Assembly (NCBI GenBank): GCA_044226015.1
Contig: JBGAHS010000001.1
Coordinates: 736,001-800,000 of the forward strand
DNA: 64,000 bases
Reading direction: 5' to 3'
From: Candidatus Obscuribacteraceae bacterium
Lineage (GTDB): Bacteria; Cyanobacteriota; Vampirovibrionia; Obscuribacterales; Obscuribacteraceae
Both the position numbers and the translations under genes were made by a program. How positions within the stretch are numbered: the stretch's first letter is position 1; every line of letters starts with the position of its first letter. Shown here piece after piece: positions 28,672 to 40,211 of this stretch. The notes below the pieces were generated by a model that was given only the letters and a program-made list of their open reading frames with translations, did no database searches and was not told the origin of the DNA.

Positions 28672-29853
28672 GTGAGCGCTTTAAGAACTGCAATGCTAGT
28701 ACGCCAGTTCTCTCCGCATGGAGGGCTGGAGTTGTACGCCCACAAAGTGGTCGAAGGGCTTCTAGAGCAAGGCTTGCAGGTTACTGTTGTTTGTCAGGAA
28801 AACAACAGCCAGTTTGAGCATCAAAATCTCAAATTTAAGTTGATGCCAGCAGAGAAAAAAGGAAGCAAATTTCAAAGGCTGACGCGGCTGTGCGGACTAA
28901 CAAACCAAGCCATCAAAGAACTGCGCACGAGTACAGATGTGCAGTTGGTGCATTCTCAACATTGCCCAAATGATGACTCAGATGTGGTTACCTTCCACAA
29001 TCACAGCACACAGCGGCTGAACGAAGTCGGCTTATGGTGGGAGGGGGCGCTCAACGATACGAAAAGGCGCTTTGTCAACGCGTATAAGATGCGAGATGAA
29101 CATGATGAGGCGCTTTTGCGTCGAGCCAACTGCTTGATTTTTCCTGCTGAAGTAATGAAGGCTGATTTTTATTCCGCGTTTCCTTTTCTTGCTGGTCCAC
29201 CGCCTAAACCGTATGTGGTGGCACCGCCTGGGGCGGCGATGCAGGAAGAGGCGCCGACGCTATCGGCTCTAAACTCTGCTGAATCGTCCGGTTTTCCTGC
29301 CAATGAACCGTTCTCATTCCTCTTTGTAGGCAGAGGATTTCGCAAGAAAGGATTAGACGTTTTGTTTAGCGCATGCAAATTGCTGAAAACAAAAACATCA
29401 CGTCCGTTCACTCTTTCCATTGCCGGGTTAGCTCAGAAAACTGCGGATACCTTTCGACTGAACCTTCTTGGACTCAACGGAATAGTCAACTATCTCGGCT
29501 TTCAAAAAGATATGAATTCCGTTTACGCCAGGTCTGCTGTCATTATTCTTCCCTCTCGCGTCGAGCCATTTGGAATGGCGCCTGTGCAGGCGATGCAGCA
29601 TGGGCTCGTTCCGATAGTGAGCAGGGTCTGTGGTGTTGCAGAAGTTCTGCACAATGATTTGGATGCACTCATTTTGCAAAATCACCTTGACGCAAATGAG
29701 TTAGCTGATTTGATGTTGAAGATTATGAGCGACCCTGCACTTTTGAAAAGGCTATCAGCGCAAGCCTTACAGACAGCTCGAAATCTAAGCTGGGCGCACA
29801 CTGTTGAGCAAACAATTAAGGCGTATGAGATTGCGCTGAGCTTAAAGAAATAG
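28672..29853 (+). CDS. Glycosyltransferase family 4 (WaaG/RfaG-like)
   Basis: FSPHGGLE, FLFVGRGFRKKGLD and PSRVEPFGMAPVQAM motifs. Confidence 0.88.
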   Translation: MSALRTAMLVRQFSPHGGLELYAHKVVEGLLEQGLQVTVVCQENNSQFEHQNLKFKLMPAEKKGSKFQRLTRLCGLTNQAIKELRTSTDVQLVHSQHCPNDDSDVVTFHNHSTQRLNEVGLWWEGALNDTKRRFVNAYKMRDEHDEALLRRANCLIFPAEVMKADFYSAFPFLAGPPPKPYVVAPPGAAMQEEAPTLSALNSAESSGFPANEPFSFLFVGRGFRKKGLDVLFSACKLLKTKTSRPFTLSIAGLAQKTADTFRLNLLGLNGIVNYLGFQKDMNSVYARSAVIILPSRVEPFGMAPVQAMQHGLVPIVSRVCGVAEVLHNDLDALILQNHLDANELADLMLKIMSDPALLKRLSAQALQTARNLSWAHTVEQTIKAYEIALSLKK

Positions 29854-29919
29854 AGTTAAAAGTCCTTGCCGGCAAAATTCGATGTACTTTAGTCAGGTGA
29901 ATAAATAGAGGAACGTTTT

Positions 29920-32064
29920 GTGTCAGAAAGCGATAAAAAGGGGCATTCTCCAGCGACGGCGAGAAAAGCAAACAAACTTGAACATGAAACGAGCACCTAT
30001 CTTTTGCAGCATGCATACAATCCGGTGCAGTGGTATCCGTGGGGACCTGAAGCGTTAGAACGATCTCGAGCGGAAGACAAACCAATCCTTCTATCTATTG
30101 GTTATTCTGCTTGTCACTGGTGTCATGTGATGGAGCACGAATCATTTGAAGACGAAAGCACTGCCGAAATCATGAACACCCACTTCGTCAACATCAAGGT
30201 TGATCGCGAAGAACGTCCTGATCTTGACGAAATTTACATGAAGTCGGTTCAGCTTTTGACTGGTCATGGCGGCTGGCCGATGACTGTGTTTCTGACACCA
30301 GATTTGAAACCATTTTACGCGGGCACCTATTTCCCTCCGCAAGATAAGCATGGAATGCCTTCCTTCAAGAGAATTATGCATGGTGTAATAAACGCCTGGG
30401 CATCTCAACGCTCTGACATTGAGGAGAGTTCTGCCGACATAACCCGGCACATAGATTTGCTTGATAAAACAGCAGCAAGTGACAAAGACTTGAATGATGA
30501 GCTTTTGCTGGCTGCTGTTCAACCTCTGCTCAGGGTTTTCGATAAGACCTGGGGCGGCTTCGGTTCAGCACCGAAGTTTCCGCACACAGCAAGTCTCAGT
30601 TTCGCCATGAGGCAAATGAAGCGGGGGCGGCGAGAACATGTTGCTCAGCATCACGAACTTAGCGAAATGATTGAGACCACTTTGAACCGCATGGCTTGGG
30701 GCGGAATACATGATCAGCTCGGCGGCGGCTTTGCGCGTTATTCGGTAGACCGAAAGTGGTTGATTCCTCACTTTGAAAAAATGCTCTACGACAACGCGCT
30801 TATTCCTAGAAATTTTCTTGATGGCTATCTGATTACGAATAATCATTATTGGTTGGATGTTGCAAGAGACACTCTAGACTTCGTTTTGCGCGAGCTGCTG
30901 ATGCCCGAAGGTGGCTTCTACTGCAGCCTTGATGCAGATAGCGAGGGTGAGGAAGGCAAATATTATGTTTGGAAGCCAGAGGAAATTCATGCCATTCTAG
31001 GTAAAGAAGAAGGCGAGTTTTTCTGCAAGGTTTTTGATGTTAGTGAGCGTGGAAATTTTGAACATGGTAGCAGTGCGCTGAACTTTCCCGAGGGGACGAA
31101 AGCCGCTATGGCTAAGGTCGGAATGGAAGATACTGAATTCTGGACTGTGCTTAATTCAATGAAGTACAAGGTTCTTGAAGCCAGAGAGAAAAGGGTACGA
31201 CCTGGTCGAGACGATAAGATGCTCACCAGCTGGAGCAGCTTGATGATTTCTTGCCTTGTAGAAGGCTACCGCGTAATTGGAGACAAGAAATATTTGGCAG
31301 CAGCTGTTAAAGCTGCCACATTTATTCTCGACAAGCTCTATCAGAATGGGCGGTTGTTGCGCACTTATGGGCGTGGTGTTGCCAAATTGAATGCATATTT
31401 GGAAGATTATGCCTACTTGATTCAAGCATTATTAGATCTGGCTTCATGCGAAGGCAGCGCCCGTTGGTTGTCTACTGCTATCAATTTGAACAATGTCGTT
31501 ATAGAGCATTTCTGGGATAAGGAAAATGTTGGGTTCTTTTTCACAAGCGATGACCATGAAGAACTGATCACTCGTACAAAGCACTTCTTTGATGGATCCA
31601 CACCTTCGGCGACTTCAGTGTCGGCGATGAATCTTTTGCGACTCTCTAGAATTACTGGTGACGAAGAGCTTTTGAATAAGTCTGTGGCTACAATGAAAGC
31701 CTATGCGGCGTACTTTCATAAGGCTCCCGATCAGTTCTCTAACCTGCTTTGCGCAGTCGACTCTTACGTAGCTAAGCCAGTCGAAATAGCAGTCGTTTTT
31801 GATGATGCCACCGCTTCTGGTGCCCATGAATTGCTGCTGGAGCTGCGCAGTTGGTACCTGCCAAACGCTGTGGTCCTGCTTGCAAATAAGTCAGCCGACA
31901 GCTATTCTGCGCTTACCGCGTTGACACCTTTGCTGGCAGACCGAGGGCTGCATGAAGGTAGAGCTAGCGTCTATATATGTGAAAATTTCGCATGCAAGCA
32001 ACCAATAACAGATAGAAATGAACTTCGTCACGCCATTACTGAATTACTTGCAAATCAACTTTAA
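29920..32064 (+). CDS. YyaL/DUF255 thioredoxin-domain and six-hairpin glycosidase-like protein
   Basis: [59 protein letters not shown] and RDDK motifs. Confidence 0.92.
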   Translation: MSESDKKGHSPATARKANKLEHETSTYLLQHAYNPVQWYPWGPEALERSRAEDKPILLSIGYSACHWCHVMEHESFEDESTAEIMNTHFVNIKVDREERPDLDEIYMKSVQLLTGHGGWPMTVFLTPDLKPFYAGTYFPPQDKHGMPSFKRIMHGVINAWASQRSDIEESSADITRHIDLLDKTAASDKDLNDELLLAAVQPLLRVFDKTWGGFGSAPKFPHTASLSFAMRQMKRGRREHVAQHHELSEMIETTLNRMAWGGIHDQLGGGFARYSVDRKWLIPHFEKMLYDNALIPRNFLDGYLITNNHYWLDVARDTLDFVLRELLMPEGGFYCSLDADSEGEEGKYYVWKPEEIHAILGKEEGEFFCKVFDVSERGNFEHGSSALNFPEGTKAAMAKVGMEDTEFWTVLNSMKYKVLEAREKRVRPGRDDKMLTSWSSLMISCLVEGYRVIGDKKYLAAAVKAATFILDKLYQNGRLLRTYGRGVAKLNAYLEDYAYLIQALLDLASCEGSARWLSTAINLNNVVIEHFWDKENVGFFFTSDDHEELITRTKHFFDGSTPSATSVSAMNLLRLSRITGDEELLNKSVATMKAYAAYFHKAPDQFSNLLCAVDSYVAKPVEIAVVFDDATASGAHELLLELRSWYLPNAVVLLANKSADSYSALTALTPLLADRGLHEGRASVYICENFACKQPITDRNELRHAITELLANQL

Positions 32065-32150
32065 GGCGCTGGTCAACAAGGTGCAAAAACTTAGCTTGCT
32101 CAGTGTTAGTGATGTGGCGGTTCGTTTCGTAAGCCAGTAGCGGCATTCTT

Positions 32151-35100
32151 CTACAACATTGCGCCCACGTAAACTGGTGCTTGTGCTGTTCTTGGTTTGG
32201 CTGTGTAAGCTCCTCTTTTGCCACCGGTGACAGTGTGAATAGCAGCTGCAGTTTTTAGCAGGCTGTTAATGAGTTTTTGTTTCTCGGCAGATTTGGAATT
32301 CTTGATGCTTCCAAGATAGCTTGTGTTTTGTACAAACGAAATGATGGAAAAGTCAGAGACAGTGATGTGCGCTTTTTCACTGAGTTGATGACTCGAAACC
32401 TGGCGTCTCCCAATTCCATCTGCTGGGGTAATTTGCTCGCTGCTGGGTTTTGCGTTTGTGATGAGCAATTCTTGTCCTGGTGAGATTTGAAGCTTTCGTC
32501 CTGCAATTTCGACATGCACGTGGGTAGGCCCACTGCAAGCTTTTATTCTTACCGAATTGTCATTGGACTCGATGGCTACAAGCGCGCCCTTTTTGATTCG
32601 TATTTTGCCAAATGATCCGTCTAGTTCCATGTCATCATCGGGTTGCAGAAGTGCTGCTGTAACCCGAGCTTCCGTGGAGTAGGCTATCGGCTTGTAAGCA
32701 CTTACATTTACACGCAGCCCATCAAAGAAAACTGTAGGCGCTAATGGCACTGTATTTTTTACAGTGAAAACAATTGCCCCGCCATTTAGATTGAGCATCG
32801 ACTGATTTTGAACTTCGTCTACCAGGTCAATAGCCGTCAGCGCTTGCGCTGTATTACTTGTAATCAATTTCAGTGAACCAGTTCCGCCGTTATCATTTAT
32901 CAGAATCTCAGAGCTGGAACCACCGAGTTGGTTGGTTGATACGGTGCCTTTTGTGCCAAGAGCTGGGATTAAGTTCGAACTTGAAGAAGCTCCTGTGACA
33001 AATTCAACTCCACCGCCAATTGAGTCGGTCTTGCTGCTGCCATAGGCTCGTGCTGTTATGGTAGTAAAGCCAGGGTTTGATACTGCGCTATTATTGTCGT
33101 GAATCGTAGTTTTGGCAAGAATCTGGACATTACCACCATTCGACGTTATCGATACAGGGTTATCCATTTGTACATCTTTCGTAAACGATTTGATGGTGAT
33201 GTTACCTGTCGCGGAGAGTTGCGCTCCAGACGATAGCGTCACGGCTGCTACTGGTGACGTTGCCGTGCTGTTCCCTGCTGTAACCTCGATTGTACCTTGT
33301 CGTCCAAGCACATGTGCTTTTGTCAGAACGCCAGTTGATGGTGCTCCGGCAGCAAGAGTTCCTGCGCTGATGGTGTTGTCCAGAGTGACGCCCATTGGTC
33401 CCTTTATGACTAAGGCACCAGTGGCGGTGCTAAGTCCGCCGGTCGAGCCATACACTTGAACGATCGACGATTTCGATTCGAGCGACAGACCTTTACTGGC
33501 GCTAGCAAAGGAGTTCTCAATTCCCAATTGTTGGGTCGCAAGCACTCTGAAGCTTCCTTGACTCGAGCCGACCGTTGTATTGGTGTCGATGTCCACATAT
33601 CCATTGAGCGCTGAAATGGCTGAGTCGCCAGCACCACGGAATTGTGAATTTGTAATACTGACATTCTTCTGTGACGTGAGTGTTGCCTTTGCAGACGCTT
33701 GGGCTACTGTGCTATCAACATCTCCGGCTGAAAACTTTGAGCTAATGAGTCCAACCGGGCCGACAGAATCAATAAGCAGAGTCGTTTTTGACTTAACATC
33801 CGCCGCAAAAAAGTAAACAGGAGTGGGCACAGCACCGACAACGCTGCTGTTTGCCAATCCTTTAATTGAAACTGTTTCTCCGTGTATTCTTCCGACAATC
33901 GATGGGTCTGATCCAACACTCTGCCCATATTTGAATGTGAGGGCGACTGTGCGCTTGTTTGCAGCAAGAGGCAGCGCGTTTTCTGCCGCCTTGCCGAAGC
34001 TCAGCCCTAAGGGCAGTTCTTCAAAGTATAGGGGACGATTTCGTGCACCCGTACCGGCAGAGTTCGTGCTCAAATTCACGAAATTGATTGTTGGCAGTTT
34101 TCCGTTTGCAGGAAGCACCATTTTTGTATTGGCCAACGCGGCAGGAATGAGCCCGCCGAATGTTTGACTTGTGTATGTAAGAGCCGAGCCAGTCCCAAGC
34201 AAAACGAGCGCGTCAGTTTGAATGGTTCCAAGATTGGTCCAGGCAGCACCAGAGCCGGTAATGATCAACTGAGCCGCAGCGTTCGTCTTAATCGTGCCAT
34301 ACGCAGTGAGCGGTAGGCTCTTTGTTCCAACATTAATGAGCGCCCGCGCTCCATTGTCGGCGAAGTTTAGTGTCCCAGAGATATTTGAACTTGCTACTCC
34401 AGAGAGGTCAACCGTTGGTCTGGGACCAAGCACATTCATCTGAACTTTAGTTCCAAAAAATTCACTCTTGCCAAAAAAGGTGCTTGGTGAGCGCAAGTCG
34501 AATTTGGTAAAGGATGAACGCATATCACGCGCATCCACAGAAAAACTGTTGTCTACCGCATTGAAGTCAGTAGCGATTGATCCGTCAAGTTTGATTCCAA
34601 TCGATTGCGTTTGCTCATGTGTAACTTGATAGAGCGCAACTGCTGCTGCTGCGGGTACCTTGTTGCGAACACTGTTGGTTTGAATGTTTGCGGTGAAGCC
34701 TGGTGTTCCTGTTGCAATAGTTATTGGCACGTTGCTGCCGTGTACATTGACAGAGATTTCTGTTGATGGTGCCACTGAACTTGTATAGCGAATTTTGCCT
34801 TCAGTAATGGAGCCATTTTTTAGATAACCAGCTGTGCCATTAACCAGAGCTTCGCCTGCTGGTAGGCTAAGCGAACCAGAACTTGCTGAACCCTGGATTA
34901 TGAACAGTCCGCCCGGTAGTACATAATTGTTCTTCTCTGCTGAAACCAGATTGAAACTCGTCGGAAGGGGTTGCACAGCATAACTGTGAATAGTGATTTG
35001 ACCGAGGCTGCCGCTGCGAGTTTTGTCTGTGCCCGCAGTGCCAGGACTTGTGTCAACACTTGCCCCATTGCTTAGCTTCGCTGAAACGATTACGGTAGCA

Positions 35101-38100
35101 CCATTCAGATACGCGCTTCCACCGTCTCCGGTCTTACCGCCAGATATTGCAGCAGTGTTGCCTCCTTTTGCTTCGATAGTTCCATTAACGTAAATTTGAG
35201 CGGTCGCAAAATCATTCCCGGAGACGTTTACTGATCTGGTTGAATTGAGGAATATTGCGCCACCAGCGCCTCCCTTCGCCTCACTTCCAGGACTTGCTTT
35301 GCTGACACCTAAGGCGTCGCCACCATTAGCAATAAGGGTGCCGTTTACTTGAACTAATGAAGGAGATGCAAGTACGATGCTTCCGGCATCTCCACCGTTC
35401 ATAGAGGATGTTGCTGCAATATCGTTGCCACTGACGTCAATGCTCTTTGTAGTGACCTGGTCATCTATTGATAGGATTGATACATGTCCTGCACTGACGT
35501 TGCTTTTGCTTGCACTCTTTGCTGAAGCATTTATGTTTCCGGTTACGTCAGCACGACCATCAGTGTAAATCTCGATGTTGCCTGCGCTGCCATTCAGCCC
35601 ATTAGTGCTGATGGCTCCAACATTCACTGCAGCACCGGCACCAGCTCGCTCGGGGTAGGCGTCGAATCTTGCTGCGCTGCGATTGTATCCGTCTTGAAAG
35701 ACCATTGACCCGCCGACGATTTTTGATTCTGCACCGAGAACTCTAACGTTGCCACCTTCAGCGCCACTAGTTGTGATGGCGCCTACTTTTACTCCTCCTT
35801 GCCCGATGAGGAGAACGTCTCCGCCGCTTCCGTTGATTGAGCTGCCTTTTGCAGTGACGCTCTTGAGCATGATTATGCCCGGGTTGGTGCTACCCGCATG
35901 GGCGACGGCGACTACGTCGCCTGCTATAGCGCGCTCGCTTGTAGTTGTGCTGGAACTTGTGTCTATTGCAACTCCCGACAGAGCAATGGAGCCACCCGTT
36001 GCTGATGGACTGCTGAGCGTGTGGAGTACGCCATAGGTCGGCGTGGGACTTGCATTGCTCTGTCCGCTTTCCGTGAAGTTATAACCGGCAACAAGAGTGA
36101 CGTTGCCGCCTTGCCCTTTGCTGTTTGATAGGTTGATTGAAGTTACAGCAGCGCTTGCTGTGATATTGCCACTGGCCAGTATGCTCAGGTGGTGACCTGC
36201 TAGTACAATGTTGCTGGTCAGGTTCACATCACCAGATTTGTTGCTGATTGTTCCGACCCCATTGGGCGAGATAATTCGGATAGGATTGCCATTGAGCGTT
36301 CCTGCGCCTTGAAATCCTTTACCAAAGATCGTAACTTCATCTTGTCCTGATATGATCGAGCCTGAGCCAATGCTCACCGCCTGTTGATTGTCACCGTTAG
36401 AAATCAGGTTTAATGGTCCCAAGAAATCTTGATGTGTGTTATCAGCAAAGACAATTCCATTAGCATCAACAACGTTTCCGATTGCAGCCATTGTAGTGGT
36501 ACCGAAAGTGGTGCCATCGCCGGAAATAGTTAAGTCAGAACCAGAGACGCTGTAGACAGATGTGTTATTGCTGCTGATTTGTCCGTTGTTTGTCAGATCG
36601 TTTGTGAAAATTGTCGCTTGTCCACCCAGCGTGCCGACAGAAGCTTTATCATTAATCGTGACAGCACCGTTTTTTGCATTCAGGCTCAGCGATGACGACC
36701 CTGTCGTGGAACTGTCTATGGTGATATCACCGTTGCTCACTGTCATAGTTAGATCGGTGGCAGAAATAACATTCGTCGTTGTTATTCCATTGTCCGCAAG
36801 AATGTCTACAACTCCTCCATTCACTGCTCCTAAGTTTAGAGTTTGCCCTGTCTCTGAGCTGATGTAGGCATTGTTGCTTTCTGAAATACTTAGCAAATCG
36901 GTTTTGACCTTGATTCTTCCTGATGCATCAAGTCCAATGTTACCGTCAGTTGCGGCTAATTTTACGGTAGGAGATTCAAATGCGATGCCGCTAAATGCTG
37001 AGTATTCAATGTCGTGTCCGGCTGTAGCAGAAATGGTACCAGGTGAGCTTGTGACTGATCGAGCTCCAACCAGGATATTTTCGGCAGCATCAAGTTGAAT
37101 CGTGCTATTTGCACCTACGCTAACGGCGGTTCCTGATGCTCCGATCAGTGCGATGTCTTTGTAAGACTGTATGTCAACGGTAGAGCCATTTCCCGCTGTG
37201 AGATTGTTTAGTGTAATGGTTGATTTGTTCGACTGCGAAACGAAGTGAAACGTTTTGCCACTTCCAATAGAACTATTCAGAACTTCGATGTTAGCCAGCG
37301 GAATGTAATCTAATTCGCCGAGGACACCCATTTCTCCATCAGGGCGCTGAATCAGTTCAACATTTCCTGTGGTGCGTGCCTGCACTTTCGGAGTTGCGAC
37401 CCACATGCCCAGCTCTACATCGGTGACGCCTAGTATGGCGTTGGTCCATAGATTTCCCAGTCCGATATTTCCACTGCCCGATTCTAAAATCAGTTCAGAA
37501 CCAAACATGGCTATGATGCCATCTTGCCGGATGTTACCTGAACCGTTTGCGACCAGCTTAGTCGTGGCTGACGAGCCCTGTTCGTTGAAGCTTGCCATTG
37601 CTTTTCCGAAAAAGCTTACAAAGTAAATTTGTGGGTCATTACCCTTGAGAACAATATCGCCATTGTTCGTCGTTTGTACTTCTAAGTAATTTTGAATCTT
37701 ACTGCCGAGCACAGTGATATTTCCCTGCCCCTGTAACCAGGCGTTTTGCACGAATAGGGAAACTGATTTGTCTGCAGCAATTTTGACAGGAGACAATGCT
37801 GAGCCAACGTTTACACTGTTGCTGAATGTTGTTTGGCGTGCGTTAACAAGTCCGGTGACATTGAGGTCTGTACCCGCAGCTAATAACGCCTCGTCAGCAG
37901 TCACATTGTTAACCGTAAGCCCTGTTATTGCGCTGATAGAGACATCGTCGGCGAATACATTGTGAATAGATATGAGTCCTCCGGTCGATGTCACTTCAGC
38001 TGTTGGAGCATCAGTCGTAAGGTCCCCAATGATTGTGATGTTGCCATGTCCCTCTATGTTTACTTGCGGACTGCTCAGGAGGTTGAACTTGTCTAGTGGG

Positions 38101-39995
38101 GCTAAATCCTGAAAGGCTTGTCCGTTCGATTCATAGGTTACAGCACCGATAGTGATATCATCTCCTGCGTCTACGTGGATCGGCAAATAGCCCCCCGTCG
38201 CCTTGAGGGCGGTGGCGACAATAGAGTTATCTTGAAGTATGAGTCCACCAAGTCCGGTCGGAACATATTCGGGATAAAAGTAATTTCCTGTGGGTAGCCC
38301 ACCATTGTTGTCTACTAGAAGGGTAGAACTCAGTAACCCGTTCGAGAGCATCACAGGAGCTGCCGTGTATAGACGAATTGAGCCTTCTGGTCCAGCACCG
38401 CCAGTGGTGTCGACTGAGCCCAAGATAATCGCAGCAGATTGCGCAGATTTCTCCCCAGCAATTACCCAGAAATTACCATTGTTTCCGGAACCTTTGCCAC
38501 CGGTTGTAACTGAAGAGAGAAGTGGCAAGAGCACCGTGCCAGAAAAGATGCCCGAATTCACTCCGTCGCCACCAAAGGCAACAAGCTGAACGAATCCACC
38601 GTCCCCGTCAGAACCACTTGGAGATGTGTTCATTATTGCTAGTCCAGGGCCTGTTGATAGATCAATCTGTCCACCCTGTTTGGTGCCGCCATTTATCAAC
38701 ACCGAACCGTCGCCTTGAACCGTGAAATCGGCACCGGCAGCCATGAGGATTGTGCCGCCTGTCGTGGCACCGCCGGTGTCGATCACAACTGCGTTTCCTG
38801 GATTTAGCGGATCATCCCCAGTCAAGATATCTCCACCTGCGATAATCGCTAACGGATTTCCGTTGGTTGTGATTTCAACAGTGCCGCTTGTAAGTGTGAT
38901 ATTTCCAGTAGAAGCGATAATTGGGTCGCCGGTTAAGCAAACATTGCCTAAGTATAGAGAGGTGGAGTCCGCATACAGGTGAGCATTTTGTGCTTTCAGA
39001 TTCAGGGTGCCTGATACTTCGCCCACGTTGAGCAATAGCGACCCAGCGCTGTTGCTGATATTTAGTGTTTGGCTCAGCCAATCACCGCCATGCACGTCAA
39101 TTCTTAAATTGTCTGCGATTGGGTTTTGAATGTTGATTGAGCCTGCAAGGGCTTTTATTGTGCCAGAGCTTGCATTGACCTGGAGGTTGCTTGCAGAGCT
39201 GTTGGCAATATTGATATTGCCCATGGTGCTCTCGATGAATCCGGCGTTTGTTAGTTGTTGTGTGTTCAACACTATGTTCTGGCAGGCCTGCAACAATGGT
39301 GTAGAACTTGATGCTCCGGTTGGCAATGCATTGACGATGCTCACGCCTGCACTCGCGCTCAAGCTACCGGCACTGCTGATGGTGCCAGCATTTATTATGT
39401 TTGTGAGAGCGGTGAGATTAAGGTTAAGGTTGCTGATTGCGTTTGGATACCCAGTTAGACCTCCAGCCGGCAGCATTGTCGTTAAAAGGGCATTAGCGCT
39501 GTTAAAAATATTAGCAGCTGAAATATTCGCTGTATGAGTGGCCGGATTTGTAGAAACACCAAAGAATGTTCCGTTATTACTGAGGTTGCCCAGTAGGTTA
39601 AGAGTTCCAGCCGTGCGCGCAAAATCGTGAATTGCAGTGACGCCACCAGGAATTGCAAGCGATGAAATAGCATCTTGGGGAAGTTGGTGTGTTGCAAAAG
39701 ACCCGGAAACTGCACGCCCTGCGCCATCCAGCCCCAGGCTCTGGGCGCCACTATTCAAGACTTGGTGAAGTGCCGCGAATTCTGCAGGGGTGATGTAATC
39801 GCCGACATTTATCGTCTTAAGTACGCCGCCTACCTTCACGGTTACTGGTGAATTGATGATTGCATCTGTGACCTGCATCGATTTACCAGTACTGCCAAGA
39901 TCCATTCCTTGTGCAAGTGCCGAAGTGTCTAGAGTAAGTACGTTCAACGACAGGAATGCTAGTACAGCTCGATTCACCAAACTTAAGTTAGTCAC
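32151..39995 (-). CDS. Giant (2614 aa) secreted beta-helical, filamentous-hemagglutinin-like protein A
   Basis: Signal-like N-terminus and G/N/S/T-rich beta-strand repeats (GGxIxL.A, GNIxI). N- and C-terminal regions are homologous to the neighbouring giant protein. Confidence 0.8.
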   Translation of the reverse strand: MTNLSLVNRAVLAFLSLNVLTLDTSALAQGMDLGSTGKSMQVTDAIINSPVTVKVGGVLKTINVGDYITPAEFAALHQVLNSGAQSLGLDGAGRAVSGSFATHQLPQDAISSLAIPGGVTAIHDFARTAGTLNLLGNLSNNGTFFGVSTNPATHTANISAANIFNSANALLTTMLPAGGLTGYPNAISNLNLNLTALTNIINAGTISSAGSLSASAGVSIVNALPTGASSSTPLLQACQNIVLNTQQLTNAGFIESTMGNINIANSSASNLQVNASSGTIKALAGSINIQNPIADNLRIDVHGGDWLSQTLNISNSAGSLLLNVGEVSGTLNLKAQNAHLYADSTSLYLGNVCLTGDPIIASTGNITLTSGTVEITTNGNPLAIIAGGDILTGDDPLNPGNAVVIDTGGATTGGTILMAAGADFTVQGDGSVLINGGTKQGGQIDLSTGPGLAIMNTSPSGSDGDGGFVQLVAFGGDGVNSGIFSGTVLLPLLSSVTTGGKGSGNNGNFWVIAGEKSAQSAAIILGSVDTTGGAGPEGSIRLYTAAPVMLSNGLLSSTLLVDNNGGLPTGNYFYPEYVPTGLGGLILQDNSIVATALKATGGYLPIHVDAGDDITIGAVTYESNGQAFQDLAPLDKFNLLSSPQVNIEGHGNITIIGDLTTDAPTAEVTSTGGLISIHNVFADDVSISAITGLTVNNVTADEALLAAGTDLNVTGLVNARQTTFSNSVNVGSALSPVKIAADKSVSLFVQNAWLQGQGNITVLGSKIQNYLEVQTTNNGDIVLKGNDPQIYFVSFFGKAMASFNEQGSSATTKLVANGSGNIRQDGIIAMFGSELILESGSGNIGLGNLWTNAILGVTDVELGMWVATPKVQARTTGNVELIQRPDGEMGVLGELDYIPLANIEVLNSSIGSGKTFHFVSQSNKSTITLNNLTAGNGSTVDIQSYKDIALIGASGTAVSVGANSTIQLDAAENILVGARSVTSSPGTISATAGHDIEYSAFSGIAFESPTVKLAATDGNIGLDASGRIKVKTDLLSISESNNAYISSETGQTLNLGAVNGGVVDILADNGITTTNVISATDLTMTVSNGDITIDSSTTGSSSLSLNAKNGAVTINDKASVGTLGGQATIFTNDLTNNGQISSNNTSVYSVSGSDLTISGDGTTFGTTTMAAIGNVVDANGIVFADNTHQDFLGPLNLISNGDNQQAVSIGSGSIISGQDEVTIFGKGFQGAGTLNGNPIRIISPNGVGTISNKSGDVNLTSNIVLAGHHLSILASGNITASAAVTSINLSNSKGQGGNVTLVAGYNFTESGQSNASPTPTYGVLHTLSSPSATGGSIALSGVAIDTSSSTTTSERAIAGDVVAVAHAGSTNPGIIMLKSVTAKGSSINGSGGDVLLIGQGGVKVGAITTSGAEGGNVRVLGAESKIVGGSMVFQDGYNRSAARFDAYPERAGAGAAVNVGAISTNGLNGSAGNIEIYTDGRADVTGNINASAKSASKSNVSAGHVSILSIDDQVTTKSIDVSGNDIAATSSMNGGDAGSIVLASPSLVQVNGTLIANGGDALGVSKASPGSEAKGGAGGAIFLNSTRSVNVSGNDFATAQIYVNGTIEAKGGNTAAISGGKTGDGGSAYLNGATVIVSAKLSNGASVDTSPGTAGTDKTRSGSLGQITIHSYAVQPLPTSFNLVSAEKNNYVLPGGLFIIQGSASSGSLSLPAGEALVNGTAGYLKNGSITEGKIRYTSSVAPSTEISVNVHGSNVPITIATGTPGFTANIQTNSVRNKVPAAAAVALYQVTHEQTQSIGIKLDGSIATDFNAVDNSFSVDARDMRSSFTKFDLRSPSTFFGKSEFFGTKVQMNVLGPRPTVDLSGVASSNISGTLNFADNGARALINVGTKSLPLTAYGTIKTNAAAQLIITGSGAAWTNLGTIQTDALVLLGTGSALTYTSQTFGGLIPAALANTKMVLPANGKLPTINFVNLSTNSAGTGARNRPLYFEELPLGLSFGKAAENALPLAANKRTVALTFKYGQSVGSDPSIVGRIHGETVSIKGLANSSVVGAVPTPVYFFAADVKSKTTLLIDSVGPVGLISSKFSAGDVDSTVAQASAKATLTSQKNVSITNSQFRGAGDSAISALNGYVDIDTNTTVGSSQGSFRVLATQQLGIENSFASASKGLSLESKSSIVQVYGSTGGLSTATGALVIKGPMGVTLDNTISAGTLAAGAPSTGVLTKAHVLGRQGTIEVTAGNSTATSPVAAVTLSSGAQLSATGNITIKSFTKDVQMDNPVSITSNGGNVQILAKTTIHDNNSAVSNPGFTTITARAYGSSKTDSIGGGVEFVTGASSSSNLIPALGTKGTVSTNQLGGSSSEILINDNGGTGSLKLITSNTAQALTAIDLVDEVQNQSMLNLNGGAIVFTVKNTVPLAPTVFFDGLRVNVSAYKPIAYSTEARVTAALLQPDDDMELDGSFGKIRIKKGALVAIESNDNSVRIKACSGPTHVHVEIAGRKLQISPGQELLITNAKPSSEQITPADGIGRRQVSSHQLSEKAHITVSDFSIISFVQNTSYLGSIKNSKSAEKQKLINSLLKTAAAIHTVTGGKRGAYTAKPRTAQAPVYVGAML

Positions 39996-40211
39996 AGTTT
40001 TACCCTTATGATTTCAAAACAAAAAACGAGCCCCGACAAATGCGACTGCTTCATTGGTGCAAATTGAGAACATACCTACGGCATCGATTATGCCATAGCC
40101 GCGAGGCTTCAGTAATAACATAAAAGTGACTTTTGCTTATTAGTAAGGTAAGAAGAATTTCTTGAGCAAGCGAAAGCATATTAAAGCAGGAATTAGCGCC
40201 AGCAACAGGAT

